Below are positions 46,613 through 57,369 of a stretch of DNA of 64,000 nt, piece by piece. The translations under genes were made by a program, and so were the position numbers. Numbering within the stretch: the first letter of the stretch is position 1; each line of letters starts with the position of its first letter. Source of the DNA: a virus (Duplodnaviria; Caudoviricetes); IMG/VR virus record IMGVR_UViG_642918914_000001, positions 64,001-128,000 of that record; one strand, written 5' to 3'. The notes under the pieces were generated by a model, which ran no database searches, was not told where the DNA came from, and was given only the letters and a program-made list of their open reading frames with translations.

Positions 46613-46993
46613 ATGACGTCTGGAGATCATGATCCATTCCAGGAGCCACTATCCACGTACCTTTGGGTCGTTGGATTGGCATTGCTCGGTGGTCTAGTGA
46701 AATATCTGAACCATGTCGAGCGATTCCGATGGCTAATCCTGGTCCGGGACCTTGTGACCGCCGGGTTCTGCGGGTTGCTTACGTTTTGGATGTGTCAGTG
46801 GTTGAACGTGAGTGGTCCGTTGAGCGCTGTGCTCATTGCTACCTCCGGTCTGATGGGGACACGTTTGCTAAAAGAGCTGGAAACCTTCTACAAGATTCGC
46901 ATGGGTATGATTGCGAATCCGGTACCAGAAGGACCTTCAGTCCAGCCACCCCACAGCCTCGCGTCGGCCCCCACAGAAGGAGATCCGAAGTGA
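46613..46993 (+). CDS. Holin
   Basis: Three TM segments (YLWVVGLALLGGLVKYL, LVTAGFCGLLTFWMC, AVLIATSGLMG). Lies upstream of the endolysin. Confidence 0.8.
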   Translation: MTSGDHDPFQEPLSTYLWVVGLALLGGLVKYLNHVERFRWLILVRDLVTAGFCGLLTFWMCQWLNVSGPLSAVLIATSGLMGTRLLKELETFYKIRMGMIANPVPEGPSVQPPHSLASAPTEGDPK

Positions 46994-47478
46994 AGACCCA
47001 GCAACTGTCACAGGTCCGTTCGCGCAACCGTACTCGCATTTCTCACTTGCACTTTGCGGACCGTGTGTTTTCATTTCTGTCGTTGGCCCTTGTGCCGCTC
47101 ATGGGAGCAGTTGCCCTGAGTTGGGTGTTTACGAACCCGCCGACAGCCACCGTCAATCTTCAGAAACCGTTCGTCGAGTATGTGGGGCCAGACAATTCGT
47201 TCTCGGCCCCGGATGTGGAGATCGCCTTGCCTATGGGTAAGGCATTCTTCTATTACTATCTAGCGGACAGCGATGGAAATCCGGCGTATGTGTGGCCTAG
47301 TCATCGAATGGAAGGCCAGACGCTCCAGCTACACCCCAAGCTGGACATGCCACGTATGCGCCCGGGGACTTACGTGCTACAAGCCAAAATCGTGTATCCG
47401 CTGAATCCGTTCAAGAACGGCGAGCTGAACGTAAGTCTAGCAACTATCGATGCGGCTCCATCGGTCCAAGGACTTTGA
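46990..47478 (+). CDS. Single-TM lysis-cassette protein (possible antiholin/lysis regulator)
   Basis: GTG start overlapping the holin stop. One TM segment followed by a soluble beta domain. Confidence 0.55.
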   Translation: MKTQQLSQVRSRNRTRISHLHFADRVFSFLSLALVPLMGAVALSWVFTNPPTATVNLQKPFVEYVGPDNSFSAPDVEIALPMGKAFFYYYLADSDGNPAYVWPSHRMEGQTLQLHPKLDMPRMRPGTYVLQAKIVYPLNPFKNGELNVSLATIDAAPSVQGL

Positions 47479-47479
47479 C

Positions 47480-48127
47480 ATGGCTCAAGTAACCGACAGT
47501 CAGCTTCTACAGCTGAACGGTCGTCTGAAGAACGCAGCGGACCTCGCGGCCTCAATCAACGAGGCCGCTGCGCGCTTCTCGATCGACCAATCACTTCGTC
47601 GGCTGCGCTACTTCGTGGCGCAGTCGTTCTTCGAAACGATGAGCTACACCACGTGGGTCGAGAATCTCACGTACACCACGCCTCAACGGCTGGTCGCAGT
47701 GTGGCCCAGCCGCTTCACCATGAATCAAGCAGACACGACTCGTGCCTATGCTCCAAGCTACATCAACAATCCCCAGAAGCTGGCGGGATTGGTGTATGGC
47801 GGGCGTATGGGTAACGGTGTGTGGCCCGCGTCCAACGACGCCTACACGTATCGTGGACGCGGCGCGTTCCACTTGACAGGACAAGCCAACTACAATCAGT
47901 ACAGCATCTTCATGTACGGCGATCTCCGCATCGTCGACAATCCAGACCTTGTAGCCGAGCCAACTGACGCGTTCATGAGCGCGGGATGGTTCTGGCAGAC
48001 ACGAGGTCTGAATCAGCTCGCAGATCAGGATGCGTACACCAAGGCCACTGTCGTCATCAACGGAAGTGCGTCGACCGTGCCGCAACGTCTGCAGGTGCTC
48101 AACCAAGTGAACCAGATCATCACGTAG
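47480..48127 (+). CDS. GH19 (chitinase-fold) endolysin
   Basis: FVAQSFFET, ENLTY, YRGRGAFHLTGQANY, NPDLVAEP, SAGWFW and T.VING. Confidence 0.92.
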   Translation: MAQVTDSQLLQLNGRLKNAADLAASINEAAARFSIDQSLRRLRYFVAQSFFETMSYTTWVENLTYTTPQRLVAVWPSRFTMNQADTTRAYAPSYINNPQKLAGLVYGGRMGNGVWPASNDAYTYRGRGAFHLTGQANYNQYSIFMYGDLRIVDNPDLVAEPTDAFMSAGWFWQTRGLNQLADQDAYTKATVVINGSASTVPQRLQVLNQVNQIIT

Positions 48128-48142
48128 CAAGCAGGAATAGAT

Positions 48143-51100
48143 ATGTCGATCCTATCGTATCCGATCACCGTCGTCACAGGTTCGCTTCAAACGTACAACA
48201 TCCGAGCTCGTTGGGTCAGCCAGCTACCGCTGGAGGCACTAGGCTCGGTTGACGCCTGCGTGTTGCAGGAAGCGGTGGGACCGGCTGCTCCTGGCCTCTA
48301 TTGGTGGACGGGACGTGTGTGGATGCTGGCCGTCCCGTACGACAGTGTGACTGACGCCATCATTCATGACGGCGAAATGACGATCGGCTACAATCTGTCC
48401 CAGCCTCTGGTGCTGGGCAGTGCAGCCGACACTGTCAACATGTGGCGCAACGGCCAGCCGCTGCCCGGCAACACGATCGCACCGGACGACAGCGTTTGGG
48501 CAGGCATCGTTTCGCCCAATCCCAGCGTGGTTGGCGTCACCAGCGTCAACCACAAGACGGCTGATGCCAACGGGGATGTGGAAGTCGGCATCTCCGACAT
48601 TCCAGGGCTGACCACCGAACTGGCTGCACGCATCAAGACGGTGAACAGCGTTGGACCTGATTCGAACGGCGACGTGGCCGTGACCTTGGCCGGACTGCCG
48701 GATACGAATTTCGTTCCCAGCCCGGCTATTGACGGATTCACGCTTGTCTATCAGACGGCGAGCGGCAAATGGGTACCGTCACGCTACGTGCCGAGCGCCG
48801 TTCGCACGGTGAACAGCACGACACCCGACGTCAATGGAAACGTGATCGTGAAGGCGTCCGCCGCCGAGACGGTTACGCCCACCAACGTGAGTCTGGTGGC
48901 GAACGACGGATCGACGACCGGCAACATCCTGCTAAAGACGGTCCAGGGGACTGGCGCGCTGACTGTGGCCGACAACGGTACGCATGTGACGCTGGACGTT
49001 CCGCAGACTGTGACCGCAGTTCAGGCGGCGACTGCCACTGGCGGCACGACGCTCATCGCGAACGACGGCAGCACGACGCACATCGCGCAGATCAAGCAGT
49101 TGGTGGCAGGCGTCAACGTTCAGCTGTCTTCCGACGGCCAGACGGTGACCATCAACGCCACGAACAGCTCCGGAGGTGGCGGCACGCTGACCGCAGTTCA
49201 GTCCACGGGCACTGGCATCTCGCTGGTGAACTACGATGGGACGAGCGGTTCTACCATCGCACTCATCAAGTCGGTTGTTGCGGGCTCAGGTATCACCATA
49301 GTCCAGGATGCTCAGCTGCAGACGCTGACCATCGCTGCGATCGCGCAAGTGCCTCCGGTCACCTCGGTTAACACGAAGACCGGTGACGTGGTGCTGACCG
49401 CGGCCGACATCACGGGCTTCGCAACCGTCGCCTACACAGGCAACTACAACGATCTGCAAAACAAGCCTGCGGCCTACGTGTTGCCTCCTGCCACGGCCAC
49501 TGTCCTGGGCGGGATCAAGGTTGGTTCCAACTTGGCGGTGGCTGCTGATGGTACGTTGTCGGCAACCGCGCAACCGTTGGCTCCGGCCACGACCACTACT
49601 CTCGGTGGTGTGATCGTCGGTGCAGGGCTCAACGTGGCGGCAGACGGCACGCTGTCGGTCAGCGGATCTGGTGTGGTCAACAGCGTGAACAGCGCAAGTG
49701 GTGCGTTGACCATCGCACAGGGTTCCGGTATCAGCGTGAGCACCGTTGGCCAGACCATCACTATCAGTGCGACCGGCGCGGGAAGCGTTACGAGTGTTGG
49801 TCTGTCGCTGCCTGCTGCTCTGTTCACAGTCAGTGGCAGTCCGGTGACTAGCACAGGAACGCTGACTGGAACGCTGAACAACCAGAATCCGAACTGGGTT
49901 TGGGCGGGTCCTGGATCTGGCGTGGCGGCTGCCCCTACGTTCCGTGCATTGGTGGCTGCTGATCTGCCGGTTGCTACGTCCACTGTGCCGGGCACCATGT
50001 ATCCTGGACCAGGACTGGCAGTTGACGGGACCGGTAAGCTGACGATCGTCCAATCGGGTGTCGTCACGTCGTTCAACACGCGGACTGGCGACATCACTCT
50101 GCAGTTGTCTGATATCACGAACGCAGGAGGTGCGGTTCTCGCCAGTCCAGCGTTCACTGGAACGCCGACCGCTCCTACACCGCTGTCCAGCGACAACAGC
50201 ACGCGATTGGCAACCACTGCATTCGTGCAGGCATCGTTCGCTCCGCTGGCAAGTCCAGCGCTGGTGGGCACGCCGACCGCACCGACTGCGGCCACTGGAA
50301 CTGCGACTACTCAATTGGCGACCACCGCATTCGTCAATCGAGACTTCGCGCCGATCGCAAGCCCAACGTTCACAGGCACGCCCAAGGCGCCGACGCAGAC
50401 TGCAGGTGACAACACGACGGCTCTGGCTACGACGGCCTTCGTTCAAGCTGCGATCAGTGGGGCGGTGGCAGGCGTAACGAGCTTCAACAGCCGCACGGGT
50501 GCAGTCACGCTGCAAGCAGGTGATGTGACGGGTGTGGGTGGCGCACTGCTCGCAAGTCCTGCGTTCACGGGAACACCGACAGCGCCCACGGCAACTGCTG
50601 GCACCAACACCACGCAACTCGCAACTACGGCATTCGTGCAGGCTGCGATCGCCAGTGTTCCCGCAGGAGTGTCGTCGTTCAACACGCGTCAAGGTGCAGT
50701 CGTTCTGCAGCCTGCGGACGTGACAGGAGTTGGGGGTGCGCTGCTGGCGAGCCCTGCGTTCACCGGAACGCCGACAGCGCCCACGGCGACTGCTGGAACC
50801 AACACAACGCAGATCGCTACGACGGCGTTTGTCCAAGCGGCGATCACCAGTGGCGTTCCGATCGCCACTACGACCACGTTGGGCGGCGTCATCGTTAAGG
50901 CAGGTTTGACCGTTGACGCATCGGGCAATCTGTCTGCAAACGTGACGACGGTTGCTGGTCGCACTGGAGACGTGGTGTTGGCGGTGGGCGATGTTAGCGG
51001 TGCAGCCTCGCTGTCGTCGCCTGCATTCACCGGAACTCCGACCGCACCTACGGCAGCTTCGGGCACCAACAACACGCAGATCGCAACGACGACGTTTGCC

Positions 51101-52903
51101 AACACAGCAGCTACACAGACGGAGACTTCTCTCAACCTGTCGGCTGGTGGTTCCATCAGTTTGGGTGGTGGTTCGCAAGTGCTGACCACGATCTTCACCG
51201 GAACACTGACGGCAAACACCACAGTTGTGCTTCCGGCGCCGGGTCGTTGGACGTTCTACAACAACACGAGCGGCGCGTTCACCGTCACACTGTCTAACGG
51301 TGCGGGCTCCACGTTTGTGTTGCCGCAGACGGCGAGCGTTACCGTGATCAGTGATGCAACGCTGGGAGTGATTCCCGCCATCACCACTGGTCTCACGCAA
51401 TCCACGTCGGACAACAGCACGAACCTTGCGACCACGGCCTTCGTTAAGGCTGCGATCTCAGGAAGCGTGTCCGGGGTGTCGTCGTTCAACACGCGGACTG
51501 GTGCAGTCACGTTGCAAGCAAGCGACGTGACCGGCGTTGGCGGGGCACTGCTGTCTGGTGCTGCGTTCACTGGGGCGGTCACCGTTCCTACGCCTTCCAC
51601 TGGTGACAACTCGACCAACGCGGCGACCACTGCATTCGTGCAGACTTCGCGCCTCAACGGAACGTCGATCTCGCTGTCGAGCGCCAACGTCACGTTGACT
51701 GCAGCGCAGTACGGAACGCGAATCATCCTGCTGAACGGTACGTTGACTGCGAACGTCAGCGTGACATTCCCCACAAGCGGTTCGTGGGAAGTGTACAACG
51801 CGACGACGGGTGGGTTTACCGTCACGTTGACCAACGGCAGCGGCACGACGTTGACTCTGGCGCAGAACAACAGCGCCACGATCATGTCGTACAGCGGCGG
51901 CATTACCAACAGCAACTCGGTGGCCGGTGTGTTGCCTGTTGCAACGACCACGACACTGGGCGGCGTCATCGTTCCGGCGGCGGGCGGTCTGTTGGTGGAT
52001 GGCAGCGGTAATCTGTCGGTGGTGGTCGCCACTAGCTCGGCGCGTGGTGTGGTGAGTCAGGGTACTGGCGTATCCATCAACGCGAGCGGTGTGCTGTCTG
52101 CTAACGTGGTTTCTGTCGCAGGCAAGACGGGAGCGGTGACGTTGGTGGTGGGTGATGTTAGCGGCGCGGCAGCATTGGCCAGCCCCTCGTTCACGGGGAC
52201 TCCGACGGCGCCGACTGCTGCGGCCAGCACCAACACTACTCAACTGGCGACCACTGCATTCGTGCGGAACGCTGTCGCAGGTGTGACTACGGTGTCGCTC
52301 ACCAACGTCAACGTGACGTTGACCGCGGATCAGGCGGCGGCTGCCATTATCAAGCTGAGCGGAACGTTGACGGGTAACGTGCAGATCACGTTCCCAACCA
52401 GCGGATGGTGGGAGGTGTACAACACGACGACGGGCAGCTTCACTGTGACGCTGACCAACGGGACGGGTAGCAACATCACCATCCCGCAGAATCAGATGTT
52501 GAACGTGGTGAGCGACGCAACGAGCGGTATGCTGCTGGATGGTGCGGCGGCTATCGCCCGGATAAGCGTCAACGTGCAGGGAAGTCCAGCGGTGGGATCG
52601 GAAATCTTCTATCCGGTGACCAACGCGCTGACGCTTCCAGCCAATCTCGTGGGAACCAACGCCTATGGGACGGGGACCAGCGGCAGCAGCGCGCCGTACA
52701 CGGTCAACGTCTACAAGTACGTTGGGAACTCTGCGAGTGGCACGCAGGTGGGCACCATCACCATCAATCCTGGATCTGCGTCCACCTTCAGCACTGTAGG
52801 CGGTACGAGTGTGTCGTATGCGGCGGGAGATCGACTGAGTTATCAGTTCCCAACCGCCAATCTTGCCCTGTTCGCGGCAACGTTGCTGGGTACATGGCAG
52901 TAA
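48143..52903 (+). CDS. Long tail fibre 2 (1586 aa)
   Basis: About 8 ASPAFTGTPTAPT...ATTAFV fibre repeats, plus VTSFN.RTGAV and PVATTTTLGGV repeats. Confidence 0.88.
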   Translation: MSILSYPITVVTGSLQTYNIRARWVSQLPLEALGSVDACVLQEAVGPAAPGLYWWTGRVWMLAVPYDSVTDAIIHDGEMTIGYNLSQPLVLGSAADTVNMWRNGQPLPGNTIAPDDSVWAGIVSPNPSVVGVTSVNHKTADANGDVEVGISDIPGLTTELAARIKTVNSVGPDSNGDVAVTLAGLPDTNFVPSPAIDGFTLVYQTASGKWVPSRYVPSAVRTVNSTTPDVNGNVIVKASAAETVTPTNVSLVANDGSTTGNILLKTVQGTGALTVADNGTHVTLDVPQTVTAVQAATATGGTTLIANDGSTTHIAQIKQLVAGVNVQLSSDGQTVTINATNSSGGGGTLTAVQSTGTGISLVNYDGTSGSTIALIKSVVAGSGITIVQDAQLQTLTIAAIAQVPPVTSVNTKTGDVVLTAADITGFATVAYTGNYNDLQNKPAAYVLPPATATVLGGIKVGSNLAVAADGTLSATAQPLAPATTTTLGGVIVGAGLNVAADGTLSVSGSGVVNSVNSASGALTIAQGSGISVSTVGQTITISATGAGSVTSVGLSLPAALFTVSGSPVTSTGTLTGTLNNQNPNWVWAGPGSGVAAAPTFRALVAADLPVATSTVPGTMYPGPGLAVDGTGKLTIVQSGVVTSFNTRTGDITLQLSDITNAGGAVLASPAFTGTPTAPTPLSSDNSTRLATTAFVQASFAPLASPALVGTPTAPTAATGTATTQLATTAFVNRDFAPIASPTFTGTPKAPTQTAGDNTTALATTAFVQAAISGAVAGVTSFNSRTGAVTLQAGDVTGVGGALLASPAFTGTPTAPTATAGTNTTQLATTAFVQAAIASVPAGVSSFNTRQGAVVLQPADVTGVGGALLASPAFTGTPTAPTATAGTNTTQIATTAFVQAAITSGVPIATTTTLGGVIVKAGLTVDASGNLSANVTTVAGRTGDVVLAVGDVSGAASLSSPAFTGTPTAPTAASGTNNTQIATTTFANTAATQTETSLNLSAGGSISLGGGSQVLTTIFTGTLTANTTVVLPAPGRWTFYNNTSGAFTVTLSNGAGSTFVLPQTASVTVISDATLGVIPAITTGLTQSTSDNSTNLATTAFVKAAISGSVSGVSSFNTRTGAVTLQASDVTGVGGALLSGAAFTGAVTVPTPSTGDNSTNAATTAFVQTSRLNGTSISLSSANVTLTAAQYGTRIILLNGTLTANVSVTFPTSGSWEVYNATTGGFTVTLTNGSGTTLTLAQNNSATIMSYSGGITNSNSVAGVLPVATTTTLGGVIVPAAGGLLVDGSGNLSVVVATSSARGVVSQGTGVSINASGVLSANVVSVAGKTGAVTLVVGDVSGAAALASPSFTGTPTAPTAAASTNTTQLATTAFVRNAVAGVTTVSLTNVNVTLTADQAAAAIIKLSGTLTGNVQITFPTSGWWEVYNTTTGSFTVTLTNGTGSNITIPQNQMLNVVSDATSGMLLDGAAAIARISVNVQGSPAVGSEIFYPVTNALTLPANLVGTNAYGTGTSGSSAPYTVNVYKYVGNSASGTQVGTITINPGSASTFSTVGGTSVSYAAGDRLSYQFPTANLALFAATLLGTWQ

Positions 52904-52913
52904 GGAGAGCAGA

Positions 52914-55151
52914 ATGGCCTTGAAGTTCGTTGAAGGCTTTGAAACGACGCGTGATGATAACGACTTTCGCACCCGTGGGTGGCTGGCTGCGCCCACGAAG
53001 CGATACGCGTCGCTGGCTCCTGCGAAGACCACGATCGGTGTGACGGGGCTGCGTCGCTTCATCAACAACGGGAGCGACGCAGCCACTACGGTCGGGGTTA
53101 CGGGGGCCACAGACATCGGATACCTGAACACAGGCATCACCGTGAATCAGGCATGGACTGCAGGTGGATTCAGCTGGGGAGCGTCAGCTACTCACTACAG
53201 TGGATCTGCCATCCAGATCGGTGCTGCCGGGACTGGCGGTCCTTCGGGACAGGCGCTCGGATGCATTGACTTTGACGGGACGAACTACTGGGCGTGCACG
53301 TCGGCAACCAAGATCGCCAAGTCCACGGATTTGCTGAACTGGACGAACACGACGGCACAGCCGTCAGGCATCACGCTGTCGTCCACAGTGTCGTTCATGG
53401 GTAGTGGCACGGTTATGGTCGTTCCACAGACCGCCACTCCAACGACGCTTGCGGTGTCGTATACCACGAACGGCGGAACGTCGTGGGCCACACAGACGCT
53501 GGCTACCGGCATCACCACGACGACCGGCGCGCAGTATGGCATTGGGTTCGCTACCGGCAACCCCACGTATCCGCACGGCATCCTCATCGGTATCAGCGAC
53601 AACTCGGCAGCCAATGGGCTGTACATTGGAACGTTGGGTGGTACGTTCGTTCAGGTGATTGGAGGAACGGCCTACACCATGGGCTTCTTTGTTCCACGGC
53701 CCGTGGTCGTTAACGGATACATCTACACGACGGACGCTTCTAACAACGCGACTAGCGCTGGCTTCTACAGCGCTCCAGTGTCGGGCGCCATAAACACCGC
53801 AGGCGCGTGGACTAAGTGGGCGTTGAACAATGTGCCGAATCCGTCGCAGCTCGCATACTTTCAAGGCGCGGACCTGTTCATTATCGGTTCGGTGACCAAC
53901 GGCGCATTTACGATACCCAACACAGGAGGCGTTGGAACACCAGTACCTCCGACTGCGGCCACCACCGCAAGCAATCCGTACACAGCGGCGGGTGTCTACG
54001 GAATCGCAGCGTCCAGCAGCACCGCGGTCATCTTCCCAGATGCGTTGAACTCGATCAGCGCCAACAACACGATCCTCACGTCTACGGATGGAGTGACTTG
54101 GAGCCCTCAGTTCAAGATCTGGCCAAACTTGGGTGGAACCACGCTCAATGGATGGTGCACTGTGTTCTACGACGGAACACAGTACGTGGCGGTGGGCGCC
54201 GTTGGCAGTACCGCGCATTCGCAGATCTTGATCTCGACCGACGATGGGGTGAACAACTGGCGCATTCGCTATGCGTCAGACACGTCATCCAACGGCACGA
54301 CCGGCGGATTCAGCGGACTGGGAGTGTGTACGGCCAGCGCAGCACCTACTAGCGGAGGAACGTGGACCGCGGGCACCAACGCAGCGTGGCTCAATACGAC
54401 TGTTCCGTCTGCGGGATCGGCCACCGTCAGCTTCTTCACCACAACCAACAGTGCGACGGCAGCCAGTACCAAGTCGGTGACGACGAGTGGCGCACTCACG
54501 CACTACTACAACATCCAGGCTGTTGCAGTAGCGGGGACCACGAACAGCTTCAACATCAGTTGGTATGTGGACGGCGTGCTGTCTGCTACCAGTTCCAACG
54601 TGGCGCTGGGCACTGGAACCGGTGACACCACGTCGCTGCTCATACTCAACTTCCCACGGTCTGGCGGTTGGCAGCAGTTCGACGACGTGTACTTGACCCT
54701 GGACAACGGTGTTGGCATGACCGGAGTACAGACCATCTACTGTACTGCTCGTCGCCCGACCAATGATGTCCAGGATCAATGGGCACCTACCGGTCAAGCA
54801 ACGAACAGTCTGGCTACCAATCAGCAGGCGTTGAGTTCGCGAAGCGATCGCTATGTGTCCACGTACACAGACGGCGCACAGGACAAGTATTCGTCTTCAG
54901 ACGCGGTGCAGACCACGTACAAAGTGAAGGCCGTCCAGATCGAGGGATACTTCAAGCGACTGTCTACGGTCAGTCCTACCGCAAAGGTGAGTTTGATTAG
55001 CAACGGTCAGCAAGTGGACTCTACGGCGGTGACCGTCGGGACCACGGACATCTTGGCGTCGGCCATCGTGGAAAACGATCCCAATGGTAACATCGCGTGG
55101 ACGCCGGGTTCAGTATCCAACACGCAGTTCTCAGTTACGAAGGTCTCCTAA
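52914..55151 (+). CDS. Putative receptor-binding protein A (BNR/Asp-box beta-propeller plus jelly-roll)
   Basis: ATG at 52914, RBS AAGGAG. Asp-box-like STDLLNW, TTNGGTSW, STDGVTW and TDDGVNNW. Confidence 0.65.
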   Translation: MALKFVEGFETTRDDNDFRTRGWLAAPTKRYASLAPAKTTIGVTGLRRFINNGSDAATTVGVTGATDIGYLNTGITVNQAWTAGGFSWGASATHYSGSAIQIGAAGTGGPSGQALGCIDFDGTNYWACTSATKIAKSTDLLNWTNTTAQPSGITLSSTVSFMGSGTVMVVPQTATPTTLAVSYTTNGGTSWATQTLATGITTTTGAQYGIGFATGNPTYPHGILIGISDNSAANGLYIGTLGGTFVQVIGGTAYTMGFFVPRPVVVNGYIYTTDASNNATSAGFYSAPVSGAINTAGAWTKWALNNVPNPSQLAYFQGADLFIIGSVTNGAFTIPNTGGVGTPVPPTAATTASNPYTAAGVYGIAASSSTAVIFPDALNSISANNTILTSTDGVTWSPQFKIWPNLGGTTLNGWCTVFYDGTQYVAVGAVGSTAHSQILISTDDGVNNWRIRYASDTSSNGTTGGFSGLGVCTASAAPTSGGTWTAGTNAAWLNTTVPSAGSATVSFFTTTNSATAASTKSVTTSGALTHYYNIQAVAVAGTTNSFNISWYVDGVLSATSSNVALGTGTGDTTSLLILNFPRSGGWQQFDDVYLTLDNGVGMTGVQTIYCTARRPTNDVQDQWAPTGQATNSLATNQQALSSRSDRYVSTYTDGAQDKYSSSDAVQTTYKVKAVQIEGYFKRLSTVSPTAKVSLISNGQQVDSTAVTVGTTDILASAIVENDPNGNIAWTPGSVSNTQFSVTKVS

Positions 55152-55172
55152 GAGATCAGCTTGGAGATAGAA

Positions 55173-57368
55173 ATGACCCTCAAGTATATGAACGGGTTCG
55201 AAACGTGCCGCGACGATTCCGATCTTCGCGCACAGGGTTGGCTGGCCAGCCCCACGTCGGACTATGTAGGTTTTCCAGGAGCGTCGACCAGTGTGGGCGC
55301 CGTCGGCCTGCGTCAGTGGTCAGCAGCGTCTGCAGGCGCAAACGTCGTTGGCGTAGCAGCGGCGGCGGACCCCGGCTATCTGAACACTGGCATCACCGTG
55401 AACCAAGCGTGGACTGCTGGCGGTTTCACTTTCAACGCCAATGCCACCTTCTACGGTGGAACTGCTGGAAACGCCATTGGTTCATTTATTGGAGCCAGTC
55501 AGTACCCGAACCAGATTGTGTACGACGGTACGCAATACTGGGCAATTCAGACCAATCCACTGCAAGTGGTGACGTCTACTGACCTTGTGAAATGGACAGC
55601 TACTCCCGCTCAGCCTTCCGGCTTGAGTGCTACGACTGCCAACAGCGTGTCGTACATGGGTGGAGGCGTGGTCATGGTAGTGACCGCGGGTTCGGCTTCG
55701 GTGTCCTGCTTGTACACGTCGAACAACGGAGTGTCGTGGTCAACGCAGAACTTCGGTGCGTCGGGCGGCGGCTCCATATACGGGGCCGGATGTGCGACGG
55801 GGAACGCCACCTATCCGCACTGCGTCGCCATCAACAGCAGCGCTACGTCCAGCTTCAACGGAGTGTGGGTGGGGACGCTGGGTGGCACCATGACGCAGGT
55901 GACGTCTGGTGGCTATGCGGCAACCGGTCTTCTGTCGCGACCCAAGGTCATCAACGGATACATCATCTGCACGCTGGGCAACAACGGAGTGTACAGTGCG
56001 CAGGCGTCAAACGCCAGCCTCAACACCACTGGCGCGTGGACAAAGTGGACGTACACTGGGCAGAACTTGACTGACGTCAACTACTTCCAGCCAGCGAATG
56101 CTTGGTTCGTGTCTGGTCACCAAGCGGGGGTCGTCAGCATCCCAAATACGGGCGGTGCCGGAACTCCAGTGCCTCCGACCACGGGATCGGGCACCAGTGT
56201 GTACGCAAACCCTGTGTATGGGCTGATGGTGAGCAGCACAAACATCACGCTTGCGGTATTCTCAAACGCCACAGGCAACGTATCGCTGCTCACCTCGACG
56301 ACAGGTGCATCAGGCAGTTGGGTGAACACGTCGCGCGTTCTTCCGTATTTGGGTGCCAGCGTCAACGGCTGGAAGGACGTGTACTACGATGGAACGAAAT
56401 ACATCGTGTGCAGCTACGCAAGCAGCGCAGCGACGTCAGCTTGCATTGCGACCACCAGTGACGGGTTGAAAGACTGGCAGGTCAAGTACATGAGCGATGT
56501 GACGCCCGGCACTACGGGCGGATTCAGTGGACTTGGCGTGTGTGCTGCAACTGCGGCTCCCACATCAGGCAGCGCGTGGACGCAGGTTGGAGGCGTTGCA
56601 TGGCTGAATTGCAGCACGCCGTCTGCGGGCAGTTCCACGATTTCGCTGTACACAGCGGCGGGAACTAGTGCCAACTTGACAGCGACGCAGTCGTCGTCCA
56701 TCCTCACGCATTCGTATGAAGTGCGAGCAGTAGCAGCGGCCACCGCCAACAGCTTCAACATCTCGTTCTACATCGACGGCACACTGCAGGGGACGACGGC
56801 GTCGCCAGTGGCGTTCGGTTCGGGAACCAGCGACACAACGTCGCTGCTCATCCTCAATATGCCACGCTCCGGTAACTGGCAGCAGTTCGACGACGTGGTG
56901 CTGACGTTGGACGATGGGCTGGGTATCGTTGGGCCGCTGGGTCCCATCAACATCGTGTCTCGGCGTCCAACTGCTGACGTCAGCACGCAGTGGACACGTG
57001 TTGGCACAGCAGCCAGCAACGCGCTGTCGGTGAATCAGAATGCGCTCAGCTCGCAAAGCTCGAACTACGTGAACACCTACACCGACGGTGGGAAGGACGT
57101 GTATTCGTCAACGGATACTGTCCCATCCAACTACAAGGTGAAGGCGGTCCAGGTGGAAGCGTACTTTGCCAAGCTGGGGACCAGTGCGCCGGTTGCAAAC
57201 GTCGGCATCAAGAGCGGATCCACTGAAAGCGACAGCGCGAATTTGACTGTGACGTCGGCCAACGCCACCTACGTATCGTCTATCGCGCAGACGGATCCAA
57301 GCACGGGCGCTGCCTGGACACAGACGGGAGCCAACAACTCACAGTTCGTCATCAACAAGGTGAGCTAA
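55173..57368 (+). CDS. Putative receptor-binding protein B, full-length paralog of A
   Basis: Shares GFET.RDD.D.R..GWLA, YLNTGITVNQAWTAGGF, DTTSLLILN.PRSG.WQQFDDV and YKVKAVQ.E.YF with A. Confidence 0.7.
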   Translation: MTLKYMNGFETCRDDSDLRAQGWLASPTSDYVGFPGASTSVGAVGLRQWSAASAGANVVGVAAAADPGYLNTGITVNQAWTAGGFTFNANATFYGGTAGNAIGSFIGASQYPNQIVYDGTQYWAIQTNPLQVVTSTDLVKWTATPAQPSGLSATTANSVSYMGGGVVMVVTAGSASVSCLYTSNNGVSWSTQNFGASGGGSIYGAGCATGNATYPHCVAINSSATSSFNGVWVGTLGGTMTQVTSGGYAATGLLSRPKVINGYIICTLGNNGVYSAQASNASLNTTGAWTKWTYTGQNLTDVNYFQPANAWFVSGHQAGVVSIPNTGGAGTPVPPTTGSGTSVYANPVYGLMVSSTNITLAVFSNATGNVSLLTSTTGASGSWVNTSRVLPYLGASVNGWKDVYYDGTKYIVCSYASSAATSACIATTSDGLKDWQVKYMSDVTPGTTGGFSGLGVCAATAAPTSGSAWTQVGGVAWLNCSTPSAGSSTISLYTAAGTSANLTATQSSSILTHSYEVRAVAAATANSFNISFYIDGTLQGTTASPVAFGSGTSDTTSLLILNMPRSGNWQQFDDVVLTLDDGLGIVGPLGPINIVSRRPTADVSTQWTRVGTAASNALSVNQNALSSQSSNYVNTYTDGGKDVYSSTDTVPSNYKVKAVQVEAYFAKLGTSAPVANVGIKSGSTESDSANLTVTSANATYVSSIAQTDPSTGAAWTQTGANNSQFVINKVS

Positions 57369-57369
57369 G

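Noticed and set aside
3936-53140. Many long antisense or alternate-frame ORFs (e.g. 3936-5555, 9712-11649, 11589-13295, 19132-20988, 37150-38931, 49286-51400)
   Set aside because: These are shadow ORFs produced by high GC3 codon bias. They overlap well-supported genes, lack RBS or motifs, and have atypical composition.
52914-57368. Diversity-generating retroelement or invertible shufflon acting on the paralogous RBPs/adhesins
   Set aside because: The window has no reverse transcriptase or recombinase, differences are not adenine-specific, and no flanking inverted repeats were seen.
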